Assembly (NCBI GenBank): GCA_016861265.1
Contig: BOLA01000001.1
Coordinates: 852,136 to 916,135 of the forward strand
DNA: 64,000 nt
From: Patescibacteria group bacterium
GTDB lineage: Bacteria; Patescibacteriota; Dojkabacteria; J137
Direction: 5' to 3'
Made by a program: the position numbers and the translations under genes. The stretch's first letter is position 1; each line of letters opens with the position of its first letter. The notes below the pieces were generated by a model that saw nothing but the letters and a program-made list of their open reading frames with translations, made no database searches and was not told the DNA's origin. Shown one piece after another: positions 49,161-57,916 of the stretch.

Positions 49161-50301
49161 CTAAAGTTAAAGGTTTCTCAACATCTTCACTTGTTAGTTC
49201 AATAACTTCACCAGTAATTTTATAAATATCTTTATCGATTTTCTTATATTCTGTTCTAGCATCATTATAGGCAACTACTGATGTACCTAGATTCTTGCCC
49301 AACTTGGCCATATTGGATTCAAAACTTGCTAAGTGTTTTTGTAATTTTTCCACATTACTTTTTATTTCTAAAGCCTGCTCCTCTATTTTTAGAGCATTAA
49401 GTCCTTGTAAAACTGTTTGTAGGTAAGCGAGGAATGACGTAGGAGATGTTATTATTACATTTTTCTGTTTAAATGCGTATTCAATTAAATCGGTAGTACT
49501 GGTTTTTACTGCGCCGATTTGGTTTATTAGTAAATCATAATAAATTCCTTCTGAAGGTATAAACATAAAAGCAAAACCCATGGTTTTTTCGTCGGGTCGA
49601 ATATACTTAGATGTTTCATCAATTCTATTTTTTAAATCGATTTTAAATAATTTCTCTAGTCTTTCTCTTTCAGTGTCGTCTTTACATTCAATTATCTTAT
49701 TATAATTTTCCAGTGAGAATTTAGAATCAATTGGAATTATCTTATCCTTAACAAAAACGACCGAGTCTACTATTTCCCCATTCGTAAATTTGTATTGCAT
49801 TTGGAACGATCCCGGAGGAAGAACATTTTTAAGTAATGTTTCAAGGAAATATTCTCCCAAGATACCTCTTTGCTTAGGGTTCTTTAAAATATTCTCTAGA
49901 CCCTGCAGTTGTTCCGCAACTCCAACTACTTGTTTATTAGTTTCGTCTAACTTAGTAAGCTTCTCGGTGACCTCTTTAATTATCTTGCTGGCAGTATCGC
50001 TAGTATCTTTCATGCTTCTTTGGGTTAGCTGAAACTGTTGTAACAAACCAGTATTAGAACTTTTAAACTGTTCATTTATTGTTAAGTTTTGCTCCCTTAA
50101 CCTGTCGTTCAATTCTTTTAAAGTTCTATCAAGTTTTTCATCTTGCTTAGAAGTTAGAGCATTGATTTGGTTTTGTAAGAATAGGATAGATTTATCCAGA
50201 CCTGAGTCTTGGCTTGGCTTATTTACTTTGGAAATTAAGTACACGACTGCACCTATTAAGACAATCAATAGAACAATGGCTACAATTATTAAGGCGTCCA
50301 T
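49153..50301 (-). CDS. rmuC: DNA recombination protein RmuC-like (N-terminal TM, long coiled coil, C-terminal RmuC domain)
   Basis: It has this architecture together with the conserved FMFIPSEGIYYDL region. Confidence 0.5.
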   Translation of the reverse strand: MDALIIVAIVLLIVLIGAVVYLISKVNKPSQDSGLDKSILFLQNQINALTSKQDEKLDRTLKELNDRLREQNLTINEQFKSSNTGLLQQFQLTQRSMKDTSDTASKIIKEVTEKLTKLDETNKQVVGVAEQLQGLENILKNPKQRGILGEYFLETLLKNVLPPGSFQMQYKFTNGEIVDSVVFVKDKIIPIDSKFSLENYNKIIECKDDTERERLEKLFKIDLKNRIDETSKYIRPDEKTMGFAFMFIPSEGIYYDLLINQIGAVKTSTTDLIEYAFKQKNVIITSPTSFLAYLQTVLQGLNALKIEEQALEIKSNVEKLQKHLASFESNMAKLGKNLGTSVVAYNDARTEYKKIDKDIYKITGEVIELTSEDVEKPLTLGD

Positions 50302-50356
50302 AAATATTAAGTTAATATAAACTTAATTATTCTATCATAAGTATACCTGTGGGATT

Positions 50357-50387
50357 TATTGTTGCACTTTGTTGTCGGAACTTTCCC
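50357..50387 (-). terminator. terminator hairpin downstream of the island C gene 50413..50634
   Basis: CTTTGTTGTCGG-aactttc-CCGACAACAAAG (12-bp perfect stem). Confidence 0.5.
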
Positions 50388-50412
50388 GACAACAAAGTTT
50401 AGCGCGGTGAGC

Positions 50413-50634
50413 CTAAGCAGCTTGGGATGCAACTAGCTTAATATGATCGTCCATCTGTTGCTTTACATCAGATGAAGCGCACTCATAAGAGCTTGTGTAG
50501 CAATTCTGAGCTTCAAAAAGCTCCATTCCGGCTTCTTCACTGGAACTCCCAGTTCCATGACGCGCCAGTCTTTTTGAACGCTCCTGTGCTTCCACCAGTC
50601 GCTCCCAACATTGCTTCAGTTCTTCAAAGTTCAT
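50413..50634 (-). CDS. small cytoplasmic protein encoded by GC-rich island C
   Basis: A 73-aa, GC-rich ORF with an SD-like GAGGA upstream on the minus strand. It is flanked by hairpins. Confidence 0.4.
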   Translation of the reverse strand: MNFEELKQCWERLVEAQERSKRLARHGTGSSSEEAGMELFEAQNCYTSSYECASSDVKQQMDDHIKLVASQAA

Positions 50635-50709
50635 TGAAAAGTCCTCATGTCTTTACCGTGCCAGGAAGTATATCATTTGTTATTAATTTTAGACAACATT
50701 TGAAGTGTT

Positions 50710-50733
50710 GTGGGCGAGCATTACGCTCGCCCA
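50710..50733 (-). terminator. terminator hairpin immediately after the stop of 50738..51010
   Basis: GTGGGCGAGC-atta-GCTCGCCCAC. Confidence 0.5.
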
Positions 50734-50737
50734 CGGA

Positions 50738-51010
50738 TCACTCCGAAGGCACGTTATTTTTCATGTCTTCGAAGGCAGCTACAATATGCGGCTCGCATTC
50801 TGCGAGCCGCCTTTCCAGTTTCCCATTCTCAGAATCTTTGATTGCCAGAGCCTTTTTGTATTCAAACTCTGGTACCAAATTGATTTTGGTAACTGGATTC
50901 TCATAGCTGTTAATGATTTCCTCAGCAGCAAGTACAAGGCTGTATATGCCGCATAAGCCGACTAACAGCCACATCTCAGCAGCTGTTAACGAGTGCTTTG
51001 CAGATTCCAT
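50738..51010 (-). CDS. small TM-anchored protein encoded by GC-rich island C
   Basis: A 90-aa ORF with a TM (MWLLVGLCGIYSLVLAA). On the minus strand upstream are the promoter TTGCAA-16-TATAAT (about 51043..51070) and SD AGGAG. Confidence 0.45.
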   Translation of the reverse strand: MESAKHSLTAAEMWLLVGLCGIYSLVLAAEEIINSYENPVTKINLVPEFEYKKALAIKDSENGKLERRLAECEPHIVAAFEDMKNNVPSE

Positions 51011-51042
51011 TGTTTACTCCTACTATAAAAGCACAACTGGGA

Positions 51043-51070
51043 TTATATGTTGATTAGATAATCTTTGCAA
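51043..51070 (-). promoter_or_regulatory. sigma70-like promoter for the island C gene 50738..51010
   Basis: The reverse complement reads TTGCAA-agattatctaatcaaca-TATAAT ... AGGAGtaaacaATG. Confidence 0.45.
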
Positions 51071-51124
51071 AACTTTAGTAGTTTTATCGGCTGTGATAAA
51101 CTTTATGCATTTAATACTCAATTT

Positions 51125-52132
51125 ATGGAACAACTATCAGTAATTTTAGGATTCACTATACTTTCAATGATTGTAACTGCTCTGTACGCTCCCCTATTAA
51201 TTAAGCTTTTATACAAAATGCAAATTGTAGTAAGGCATTCACTTATGGGAAATAAAATGAATGAGGAGTTTATCAAAATACAAGGTCATAAAACTGGAAC
51301 TCCTACTCTTGGCGGACTAATGATTTCAATTTCTGTTTTAGTATTAGGGCTAGTATTTTTGCCAGAGAATAATCTAAAGTTACTATTTCTTATTTTTTGG
51401 GGGTTATTTACACTCTATGGTTTAATTGAAGGTCTTATAGTTTACGCTAGAAAGCTAAGTGATAAGTTCAAACTCTTAGAATCAAGCTTTGAATGGAGAA
51501 TGGGAAAATTATTTGTACTTTACTTAATATGTTTAATGGCTGTAGCCGCAACATGTAAGTTTTTAGCGATTGATCAAATAGAATTATTTGGAATAACTAT
51601 TATTATTAACACACTGTCTGTTTTTATAGGCTCATTTTTCTTTGTGTTGGCAATGTATGCTATGGAAATCACAGATGGTGCAGATGGTCTTGTAACTGGG
51701 CAATTCTTAATTGCAATTATTTCCTATGTAGTTATAAGTATGCTTACTGGTAAAACAGAATTAGTTCCAATCCTTGGGTTAATTCTTGGTTCCAGTATTG
51801 TGTATTTATACTTTAATATAAATCCTGCTAGAGTATTTATGGGGGGGACAGGGACTTTTCCTATTGCCTTTGCAATACTTATATCTTCTGTAATTACTAA
51901 TACAGTAGATATTCTTCTAATAATCGGAATTATATTCTGGATTGAATTAGGATCAAGTGCACTACAAATATTATGGATAAAATTATTCAAAAAACGATTG
52001 TTTAAAATAGCCCCATTTCACCATTACTTTGAGTCCGTTGGATGGCCTGAAACTAAGATGGTACAAAGATTCTGGTTGTTTTCAGCTATATTTGCATTGG
52101 TGGGATTATGGATATTTAGTCTTATTAAATAG
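51125..52132 (+). CDS. mraY: phospho-N-acetylmuramoyl-pentapeptide transferase (MraY; glycosyltransferase family 4)
   Basis: KTGTPTLGG (MraY KxGTPTMGG), ITDGADGLVTG, and the C-terminal PFHHYFESVGWPE (MraY PxHHHFEL.GW.E). The start is chosen at ATG 51125 (MEQLS) rather than the TTG at 51065, which is the -35 of the minus-strand promoter. Confidence 0.75.
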   Translation: MEQLSVILGFTILSMIVTALYAPLLIKLLYKMQIVVRHSLMGNKMNEEFIKIQGHKTGTPTLGGLMISISVLVLGLVFLPENNLKLLFLIFWGLFTLYGLIEGLIVYARKLSDKFKLLESSFEWRMGKLFVLYLICLMAVAATCKFLAIDQIELFGITIIINTLSVFIGSFFFVLAMYAMEITDGADGLVTGQFLIAIISYVVISMLTGKTELVPILGLILGSSIVYLYFNINPARVFMGGTGTFPIAFAILISSVITNTVDILLIIGIIFWIELGSSALQILWIKLFKKRLFKIAPFHHYFESVGWPETKMVQRFWLFSAIFALVGLWIFSLIK

Positions 52133-52134
52133 TA

Positions 52135-52644
52135 TTATAACCAGCTTTGATCAATATTATTTAAGAAGTTGTCGTCCTTGAAAATGTTAAAGCTTTTATT
52201 GTATAGTCTAAATAGTTCAATTGTTGCCTTATAAAAGTCGTTTACTAATTCATGGCTAACCCGGTCAAATGCTTTATCTAGTCTTTCTTCGGCATCTCTA
52301 TGTACAAAAATATTTCTATACTTAATGAGTGAATTCAACCTTTGGTATAGATTATCTTTCTCATGCAATATTTCCTTTGAGTGATATTTTGAGATCTTAG
52401 GTAGGATTATTAACCTATTTTTAATTGAAATTCTTTCTAGGTATTCATAGTTAATAACGTAGGTGTATCCAAAGTCGTTAACAAAACTTTCTAAAGCGAG
52501 CTCAATAAGTATTAAACAATTTATTAGATAAACTTTTCTATGTTCACTAATGTATTTAGAAGATTGTTTCGAGGAGTCTGATTTATTGAACTGCTCTTTG
52601 GCAAGTTCAAGATATTTCTTATATAGTTTTCTATCGGTATTCAA
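52135..52644 (-). CDS. hypothetical protein
   Basis: A 169-aa ORF with no family recognised. Confidence 0.35.
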   Translation of the reverse strand: MNTDRKLYKKYLELAKEQFNKSDSSKQSSKYISEHRKVYLINCLILIELALESFVNDFGYTYVINYEYLERISIKNRLIILPKISKYHSKEILHEKDNLYQRLNSLIKYRNIFVHRDAEERLDKAFDRVSHELVNDFYKATIELFRLYNKSFNIFKDDNFLNNIDQSWL

Positions 52645-52689
52645 TCTAATTAATAATCATGTATTTTTACATTATATCATTCGTTTCTG

Positions 52690-53330
52690 GGGTGTATAAA
52701 ATTGCAAAAGGCGGTCCCTCATAAAGAGAAACCGCCTTCCGCTGCTAACCTTTCGGATCGCAGCTTTCACAGCCTTTCGGCTGTGTGTAGAACCTAGAGT
52801 AAACTCTGGTATCCTAAGCGGGAACCCAACACTTCTGCTGGGAACTGGAATACCTTACCCTAGGTCAGTGAGTGATACCGATACCGAATTTTGTAGCGAG
52901 CAAGCTGCTACAAACCTTCGTCCGCTAATATCGGTATCGTGCCGAATGTGGGGGACACACTCGGCAGTCAATTTTGGTGCCGCATTTCACCGCTTCCTTG
53001 CGAGTGAATGCTGCAAATTGAAAACGTGATTTTCACTTTGCAATATTCAGTTGAGATTTTCGCTCGGTATACAAAGATACCGAGCGGTCCGTTAAGCGTA
53101 TTTCTACGCATTATTCTAGACTTTTCCATCCCCATGTTTTGGTTCAAAGTCCTGACAGGGGCCTTGCCTTGGCTTTCTTTCGAAAGACGGCCTAAATAAA
53201 CTGAATTTACTTAAGTTGTCCTTTGAAATTATGTTGTTAAATGTCTGGGAAGCATTCTATGAATGCTTCCCGCTAGTTCGTGAAAGTCCGGTTCCTCAAT
53301 GAGGACCAGTCAGCACTAACGGGTGGATTT
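52690..53330. ncRNA. GC-rich, highly structured non-coding region (candidate large ncRNA, class undetermined)
   Basis: About 640 nt at about 52% GC with no credible ORF and many perfect stems. These include CACAGCC-tttc-GGCTGTG, TTTGTAGC-gagcaa-GCTGCTACAAA, GATACCGATA...TATCGGTATC (long-range), CGCTCGGTAT-acaaag-ATACCGAGCG, GGGAAGCATTC-tat-GAATGCTTCCC and TCTTTCGAAAGA. It contains GAAAGUCCGG, an RNase P CR-I-like decamer, but in the wrong position for RNase P. Confidence 0.45.
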
Positions 53331-53441
53331 AAATTTTCATTAAATACTTATATCCAACCCACTAGTACATTTAATTTAACGAGCTATAATCATTATATAC
53401 CAAAGCACGCTTAAAGTAAATACTCCTGGGACGCGTTGATT

Positions 53442-53600
53442 TAGTTATAACTCTGCCGCAACCTTATTCGGTAGATATTCCAACAGTAAATTATGTCTAT
53501 CGACTTTATATCGATATCTAACCTTCCCAGTAGGTCTTTGTCTTCTACTGTAGAAACTTACTATACCAAAGGCCACGATTACTGAGACGATTTCGCCCAT
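53442..53600 (-). CDS. possible small Arg-rich TM protein (52 aa). Low confidence.
   Basis: AAGGAG lies 8 nt upstream of the ATG. The ORF reads MGEIVSVIVAFGIVSFYSRRQRPTGKVRYRYKVDRHNLLLEYLPNKVAAEL. It is adjacent to the structured RNA region. Confidence 0.25.
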
Positions 53601-53800
53601 ATAATCTGCTCCTTAAAAATAGTATATATGGTTACTATACAGAGCTGTTGGTTCTTTGTACGTATGCCATACATAGAGATTATATAATATCTTACCCATA
53701 AGTCAATAAACAATGGCGACAAAATTTGCACATAATTTATTATTTAAATAGTTGTGAATTGCTTTACCTGCTATAATAATTCCGTATTAAACAAATTCAA

Positions 53801-55732
53801 ATGAATAAGAAAATTAGAAATTTTTGTATTATTGCTCATATCGACCATGGAAAATCAACCTTAGCTGACAGATTGATTGAAACTACAGGAGCAGTATCTT
53901 CTCGAGAAATGAAGGACAGAATGTTAGATACACTTGAATTGGAACAAGAAAGAGGTATTACCATAAAGCTTCAGACTGCCCGATTAAAGTATGAATATAA
54001 AGGCGAAAACGCCGAAAAGGGTGATTATATTCTTAACCTTATTGATACACCGGGTCATGTAGATTTTAGTTACGAGGTATCTCGTTCAGTTGCTGCCAGT
54101 GAAGGTTGCTTGTTATTGGTTGACGCGACCCAAGGTGTTCAGGCTCAAACACTAACTACTGTTTATAAGGCAATGGAATATGATTTAAAAATAATTCCTG
54201 TAATTAATAAGGTAGATATGGACATTGCCGAAGTTGAAAGAACCAAGCAAGAGATGATTGAAACCTTTGGATTTTCCGAGGACGAAATTATTATGGCATC
54301 TGGTAAGTCAGGAATCGGTGTTCACGAAATATTAGATGCAATTGTAGAAAGAATTCCTCCTTATAAAAAAGAGGAAACAAAAATATTAGCTGACGAAGAT
54401 GAGTTGTTAATTCTAGAAGGCAAAGAGACTAAAATTACAAAGGCGTTAATCTTTGACGCGTTCTTCCATGAATATAAGGGTGTAACTGCTTTAGTTAAGG
54501 TAATAAGTGGAGAAATCAAAAAAGGAGATAAGGTTTACTTTATAAGTACTCAAACCGATGTAACACCAATAGAAATTGGTTATCTACTGCCCAAAATGAC
54601 AGAGTCCGACTCTATAAAAGAAGGCGAAGTAGGTTATGTAGCAACGGGTTTAAAGGATATTCACAGAATTCATTCAGGCGATACAATCACTCTATTCCAC
54701 TCAAATCATAGTCATGAATCTGTTGAACCGCTTAAGGGTTACCGACAGCCAAAACCAATGGTGTACGCAAGCTTATATCCTGTAGAAGCTAGTGATTACG
54801 AAAGTTTTAAAGAAGCTTTAGAAAAATTATCACTAAACGATGCTGCTTTAACTTACCAAAAAGAATATTCTCAGGCATTAGGAACAGGTTTTGTTTGCGG
54901 ATTTTTAGGACTTTTACATTTAGAAATTACTCAAGACAGATTAGAGCGAGAACACAATATTGATTTAATTAGTACTACTCCGACTGTAGAATTTAAAGTG
55001 CTGTTAAAAACGAGGGATTACTCCAAGATTCCAAATATAAATGTGTCTAATATTGAAACCGAAACAAATATTGCAACTATACGTACAGCTGCAGAATTCC
55101 CTGAAGGAAGTATGTACGAAGAAGTTTACGAGCCTTGGGTAAAACTAGATATTATTACTCCTGAAGAATACATTGGTCCAATAATGGAACTTTGTCAAAA
55201 CAGAAGAGGTGTATATAAGCACATGAACTTCTTGAACAAGTCAGGGAATAAGAATCATGCAATTATAGAATATGAAATGCCTACTGTAGAGATTATTGTT
55301 AACTTTTTTGACAGATTAAAGTCAATTAGTCACGGATACGCCTCTATGGACTATTCGTTAATTGAATACAGGAGAGGTGATATTGTTAAGGTCTCTATTT
55401 TGGTTAATGAAGAACCTGCCGAATCTTTAAGCTTTTTAACTCACAGAAGCAATGCCGTAAGAAGGGGTCGTGAAATGGCTGATAAATTAAAGGAGTTAAT
55501 CCCAAGACAGAACTTTAAGGTTCCAATTCAGGCTGCAATTGGTGCGCAGATTATTGCAAGGGTAACAATAGACGCCTATAGAAAAGACGTCCTCGCAAAG
55601 TTATATGGAGGTGATGTTACTAGAAAATTAAAACTTCTTGAAAAGCAAAAGAAGGGAAAAAAGAAAATGAAGGCAATTGGTAATGTTGAAATTCCTAAAG
55701 AAGCTTTCTTAGCTGCATTAAAGATTGATTAA
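53801..55732 (+). CDS. lepA: elongation factor 4 (LepA)
   Basis: N-terminal NFCIIAHIDHGKSTLADRL, then DTPGHVDF and NKVD, and the LepA-specific C-terminal domain. Confidence 0.9.
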   Translation: MNKKIRNFCIIAHIDHGKSTLADRLIETTGAVSSREMKDRMLDTLELEQERGITIKLQTARLKYEYKGENAEKGDYILNLIDTPGHVDFSYEVSRSVAASEGCLLLVDATQGVQAQTLTTVYKAMEYDLKIIPVINKVDMDIAEVERTKQEMIETFGFSEDEIIMASGKSGIGVHEILDAIVERIPPYKKEETKILADEDELLILEGKETKITKALIFDAFFHEYKGVTALVKVISGEIKKGDKVYFISTQTDVTPIEIGYLLPKMTESDSIKEGEVGYVATGLKDIHRIHSGDTITLFHSNHSHESVEPLKGYRQPKPMVYASLYPVEASDYESFKEALEKLSLNDAALTYQKEYSQALGTGFVCGFLGLLHLEITQDRLEREHNIDLISTTPTVEFKVLLKTRDYSKIPNINVSNIETETNIATIRTAAEFPEGSMYEEVYEPWVKLDIITPEEYIGPIMELCQNRRGVYKHMNFLNKSGNKNHAIIEYEMPTVEIIVNFFDRLKSISHGYASMDYSLIEYRRGDIVKVSILVNEEPAESLSFLTHRSNAVRRGREMADKLKELIPRQNFKVPIQAAIGAQIIARVTIDAYRKDVLAKLYGGDVTRKLKLLEKQKKGKKKMKAIGNVEIPKEAFLAALKID

Positions 55733-55735
55733 CTT

Positions 55736-55766
55736 CAGAGGGTTGGGGATAAATCCCCTTCCCTCT
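55736..55766 (+). terminator. terminator hairpin after lepA
   Basis: AGAGGGTTGGGG-ataaat-CCCCTTCCCTCT. Confidence 0.45.
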
Positions 55767-55795
55767 TAAAACACCACGTGGATGTTATTAAAGCC

Positions 55796-55817
55796 GATCT
55801 CGCGCTAGCGCGAGATC
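55796..55817 (-). terminator. perfect palindromic hairpin overlapping the stop of 55805..56146
   Basis: GATCTCGCGC-TAGC-GCGCGAGATC, with the stop codon in the loop. Confidence 0.45.
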
Positions 55818-56146
55818 AGCAGGTCGATTCCGTAGCATCCGTAATCCGGATTTTGCGGTTCGGCGTGCGCGAGACTGTGGAATTGCTGCGGCATATTATC
55901 GAGCGGCAAGCAAACCTCATCACCACTTTGAAGGTTAAAGGTTTCGCTTCCTAGAATCACGTCATAGTCCGTGTTGTTGTTGGTACGGAAAATGGCGGTT
56001 TCGCCGGGTTCCACTTCAACAACATAACTGTGACCGATTCCATTCTGGTATTGAATCTTCACGGCCACTTGGGCAGTGGGTGTTCCGAAAACCAGAGCCA
56101 TGAGAATCGACAGTAGCCAGCGAATCAATTCGTACATACGACACAC
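55805..56146 (-). CDS. small secreted protein (signal peptide) encoded by GC-rich island E
   Basis: A 113-aa ORF with signal peptide LIRWLLSILMALVFGTPTAQV. On the minus strand upstream are TTGTAT-16-TATAAT and SD AAGGAG. It is GC-rich. Confidence 0.45.
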   Translation of the reverse strand: MCRMYELIRWLLSILMALVFGTPTAQVAVKIQYQNGIGHSYVVEVEPGETAIFRTNNNTDYDVILGSETFNLQSGDEVCLPLDNMPQQFHSLAHAEPQNPDYGCYGIDLLISR

Positions 56147-56293
56147 TCCTTGCTTTTTAAGTTGCTTTTAATTATAGCACTTATTGCTATATATACAATA
56201 TATACTGGGGTTGGATTGAAGGGAAAGTTTATTATAAAAAGCAATTGGCAGGTTGGGAGTTTTATTTCCCTTCCTGCCAATGTAGTGCGCTAC

Positions 56294-56683
56294 TTACTGT
56301 GCGTCTGCAACAGTGAAGCAGCGTTTGTCGCCGTCAACCTCTCCGCGAGTGTTGAACGGCGCCGGAATCACGAAGCTGCTGACGCAAACCCGATCATCCG
56401 CTGCAATCTGCACCTGCTGGGTATTTACCGTCAGCAAGGCGCCCCCATTGTTACTTTTTACGAAGGTAAACACCGTGTGCGGGGGGCGCACCGGGTACCG
56501 GTCATTCATGCCACTTGCGTGGCTGACCGCGATCTCTGCGTTTGGAACGACAGTGGGTTGCCCCGCCTGTCGAGCCTCGGTGATGATCTGACGAGCCGTA
56601 TTGCGGTACTTTACCGCTAACGCTGCCAGTATCACCAAAATAATCACCAACGCAAGCCGCTTCACTCTCTTGGATTTCTTCAT
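56294..56683 (-). CDS. small membrane-anchored protein encoded by GC-rich island E
   Basis: A 129-aa ORF with an N-terminal KR-rich region plus TM (LALVIILVILAALAV). SD GGAGG and TATAAT lie upstream on the minus strand, and a hairpin lies downstream. The overlapping + ORF 56150..56620 is judged spurious. Confidence 0.45.
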   Translation of the reverse strand: MKKSKRVKRLALVIILVILAALAVKYRNTARQIITEARQAGQPTVVPNAEIAVSHASGMNDRYPVRPPHTVFTFVKSNNGGALLTVNTQQVQIAADDRVCVSSFVIPAPFNTRGEVDGDKRCFTVADAQ

Positions 56684-56806
56684 CTGACACCTCCGTCAAT
56701 AATCAAGAGACATATATATTATATCATATTTAGATATATTAGGTATATATTCAGTACTTTAGTGCTTATTTTGCCACTTATTCAATAATCGTATATAATC
56801 CAATCT

Positions 56807-57916
56807 ATGGGAATTTTAGAAAAAATTGACTTAATCCAAAGCAGAATAGATGCAATTGTATCCAAGAAAGATCTTAATAAGCTTATCGCCGAAAGAGATC
56901 AAATGGAGGCTAGCACTATGGCTAATGGCTTTTGGAATAATAACGAAGAAGCTCAAAAGACTATGCAATCATTAGGCGGGTTAAAGTCAGAAATTGCTGA
57001 TGTAGAAAATTTGGTTAAAACTATAAAAGACATTAAAGATTTGGCTTCTGACGATTCAATCTCTTCCATTAAAGATCAATCCGAAGAAGAAGATAATGAA
57101 CTGATTCAAATGATTAACTCAGGTCTAGAAGATTTAGAAAAGAAAGTAGAAGAAGTTGAACTAACAACATTCTTAAGTGGTAAATTTGATACAAGTAATG
57201 CGATTCTTAAAATTATTGCGGGACAAGGAGGAACCGAGGCATGTGACTGGGCGAGTATGGTTTTAAGAATGTATACAAGGTATGCTAACGATAAAGGTTG
57301 GACAGTAACAATTTTAGATAAAGTGGATGGTACGGAAGCAGGTATTGCTAGTGCTGAATTGTTAATTGAAGGTAGATATGCTTATGGCTATTTAAAACAC
57401 GAACATGGAACTCATAGATTAGTTAGAAACTCCCCTTTTAACGCACAGGGCTTAAGGCAGACTTCCTTTGTTGGGGTAGAAGTACTTCCGGAAGTAAATG
57501 AAGATATTGACATAGAGGTGAGGGACGAGGATATTGAATTCAATGCAATAAGATCCAGCGGAGCCGGAGGGCAAAATGTAAATAAAGTTGCCTCTAAAGT
57601 AAGGATTGTTCATAAGCCAAGCGGTATTGTTATTGAGGCATCGGCCCAAAGAACTCAGCACGCTAACCGAGAAGCTGCAATGCGTTTGCTTAAGGCAAGG
57701 CTATACGAAATTGAAGAAAATAAGCAAAAAGCAGAACTGGCTTCTAATAAAGGGGAATATAAAATTGCCGGTTGGGGCAATCAAATTCGAAATTATGTTC
57801 TTCAGCCCTATAAATTAGTTAAGGATGTTAGAACTGAAATTGAAACTCCAAATGCAGACGGTGTTTTGGATGGTGATTTGCAAATGTTTATTGATGCAGA
57901 AATTCGTATGCTTTAA
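56807..57916 (+). CDS. prfB: peptide chain release factor 2
   Basis: It has the SPF tripeptide (VRNSPFNAQG) and GGQ (SSGAGGQNVNK). It is a single uninterrupted frame with no programmed +1 frameshift site. Confidence 0.85.
   Translation: MGILEKIDLIQSRIDAIVSKKDLNKLIAERDQMEASTMANGFWNNNEEAQKTMQSLGGLKSEIADVENLVKTIKDIKDLASDDSISSIKDQSEEEDNELIQMINSGLEDLEKKVEEVELTTFLSGKFDTSNAILKIIAGQGGTEACDWASMVLRMYTRYANDKGWTVTILDKVDGTEAGIASAELLIEGRYAYGYLKHEHGTHRLVRNSPFNAQGLRQTSFVGVEVLPEVNEDIDIEVRDEDIEFNAIRSSGAGGQNVNKVASKVRIVHKPSGIVIEASAQRTQHANREAAMRLLKARLYEIEENKQKAELASNKGEYKIAGWGNQIRNYVLQPYKLVKDVRTEIETPNADGVLDGDLQMFIDAEIRML

Noticed and set aside
52690-53330. Tried to assign the structured RNA to RNase P RNA, tmRNA or SRP RNA
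   Set aside because: Only a GAAAGUCCGG decamer matches RNase P, and it sits near the 3' end rather than about 60 nt from the 5' end. No tRNA-like domain with a CCA end, no tag-peptide reading frame and no SRP domain IV motif was found on either strand. It is left unclassified.
56807-57916. Looked for the programmed +1 frameshift (CUU UGA C) in prfB
   Set aside because: RF2 is encoded as one continuous ORF with no internal in-frame UGA, so there is no frameshift site here.
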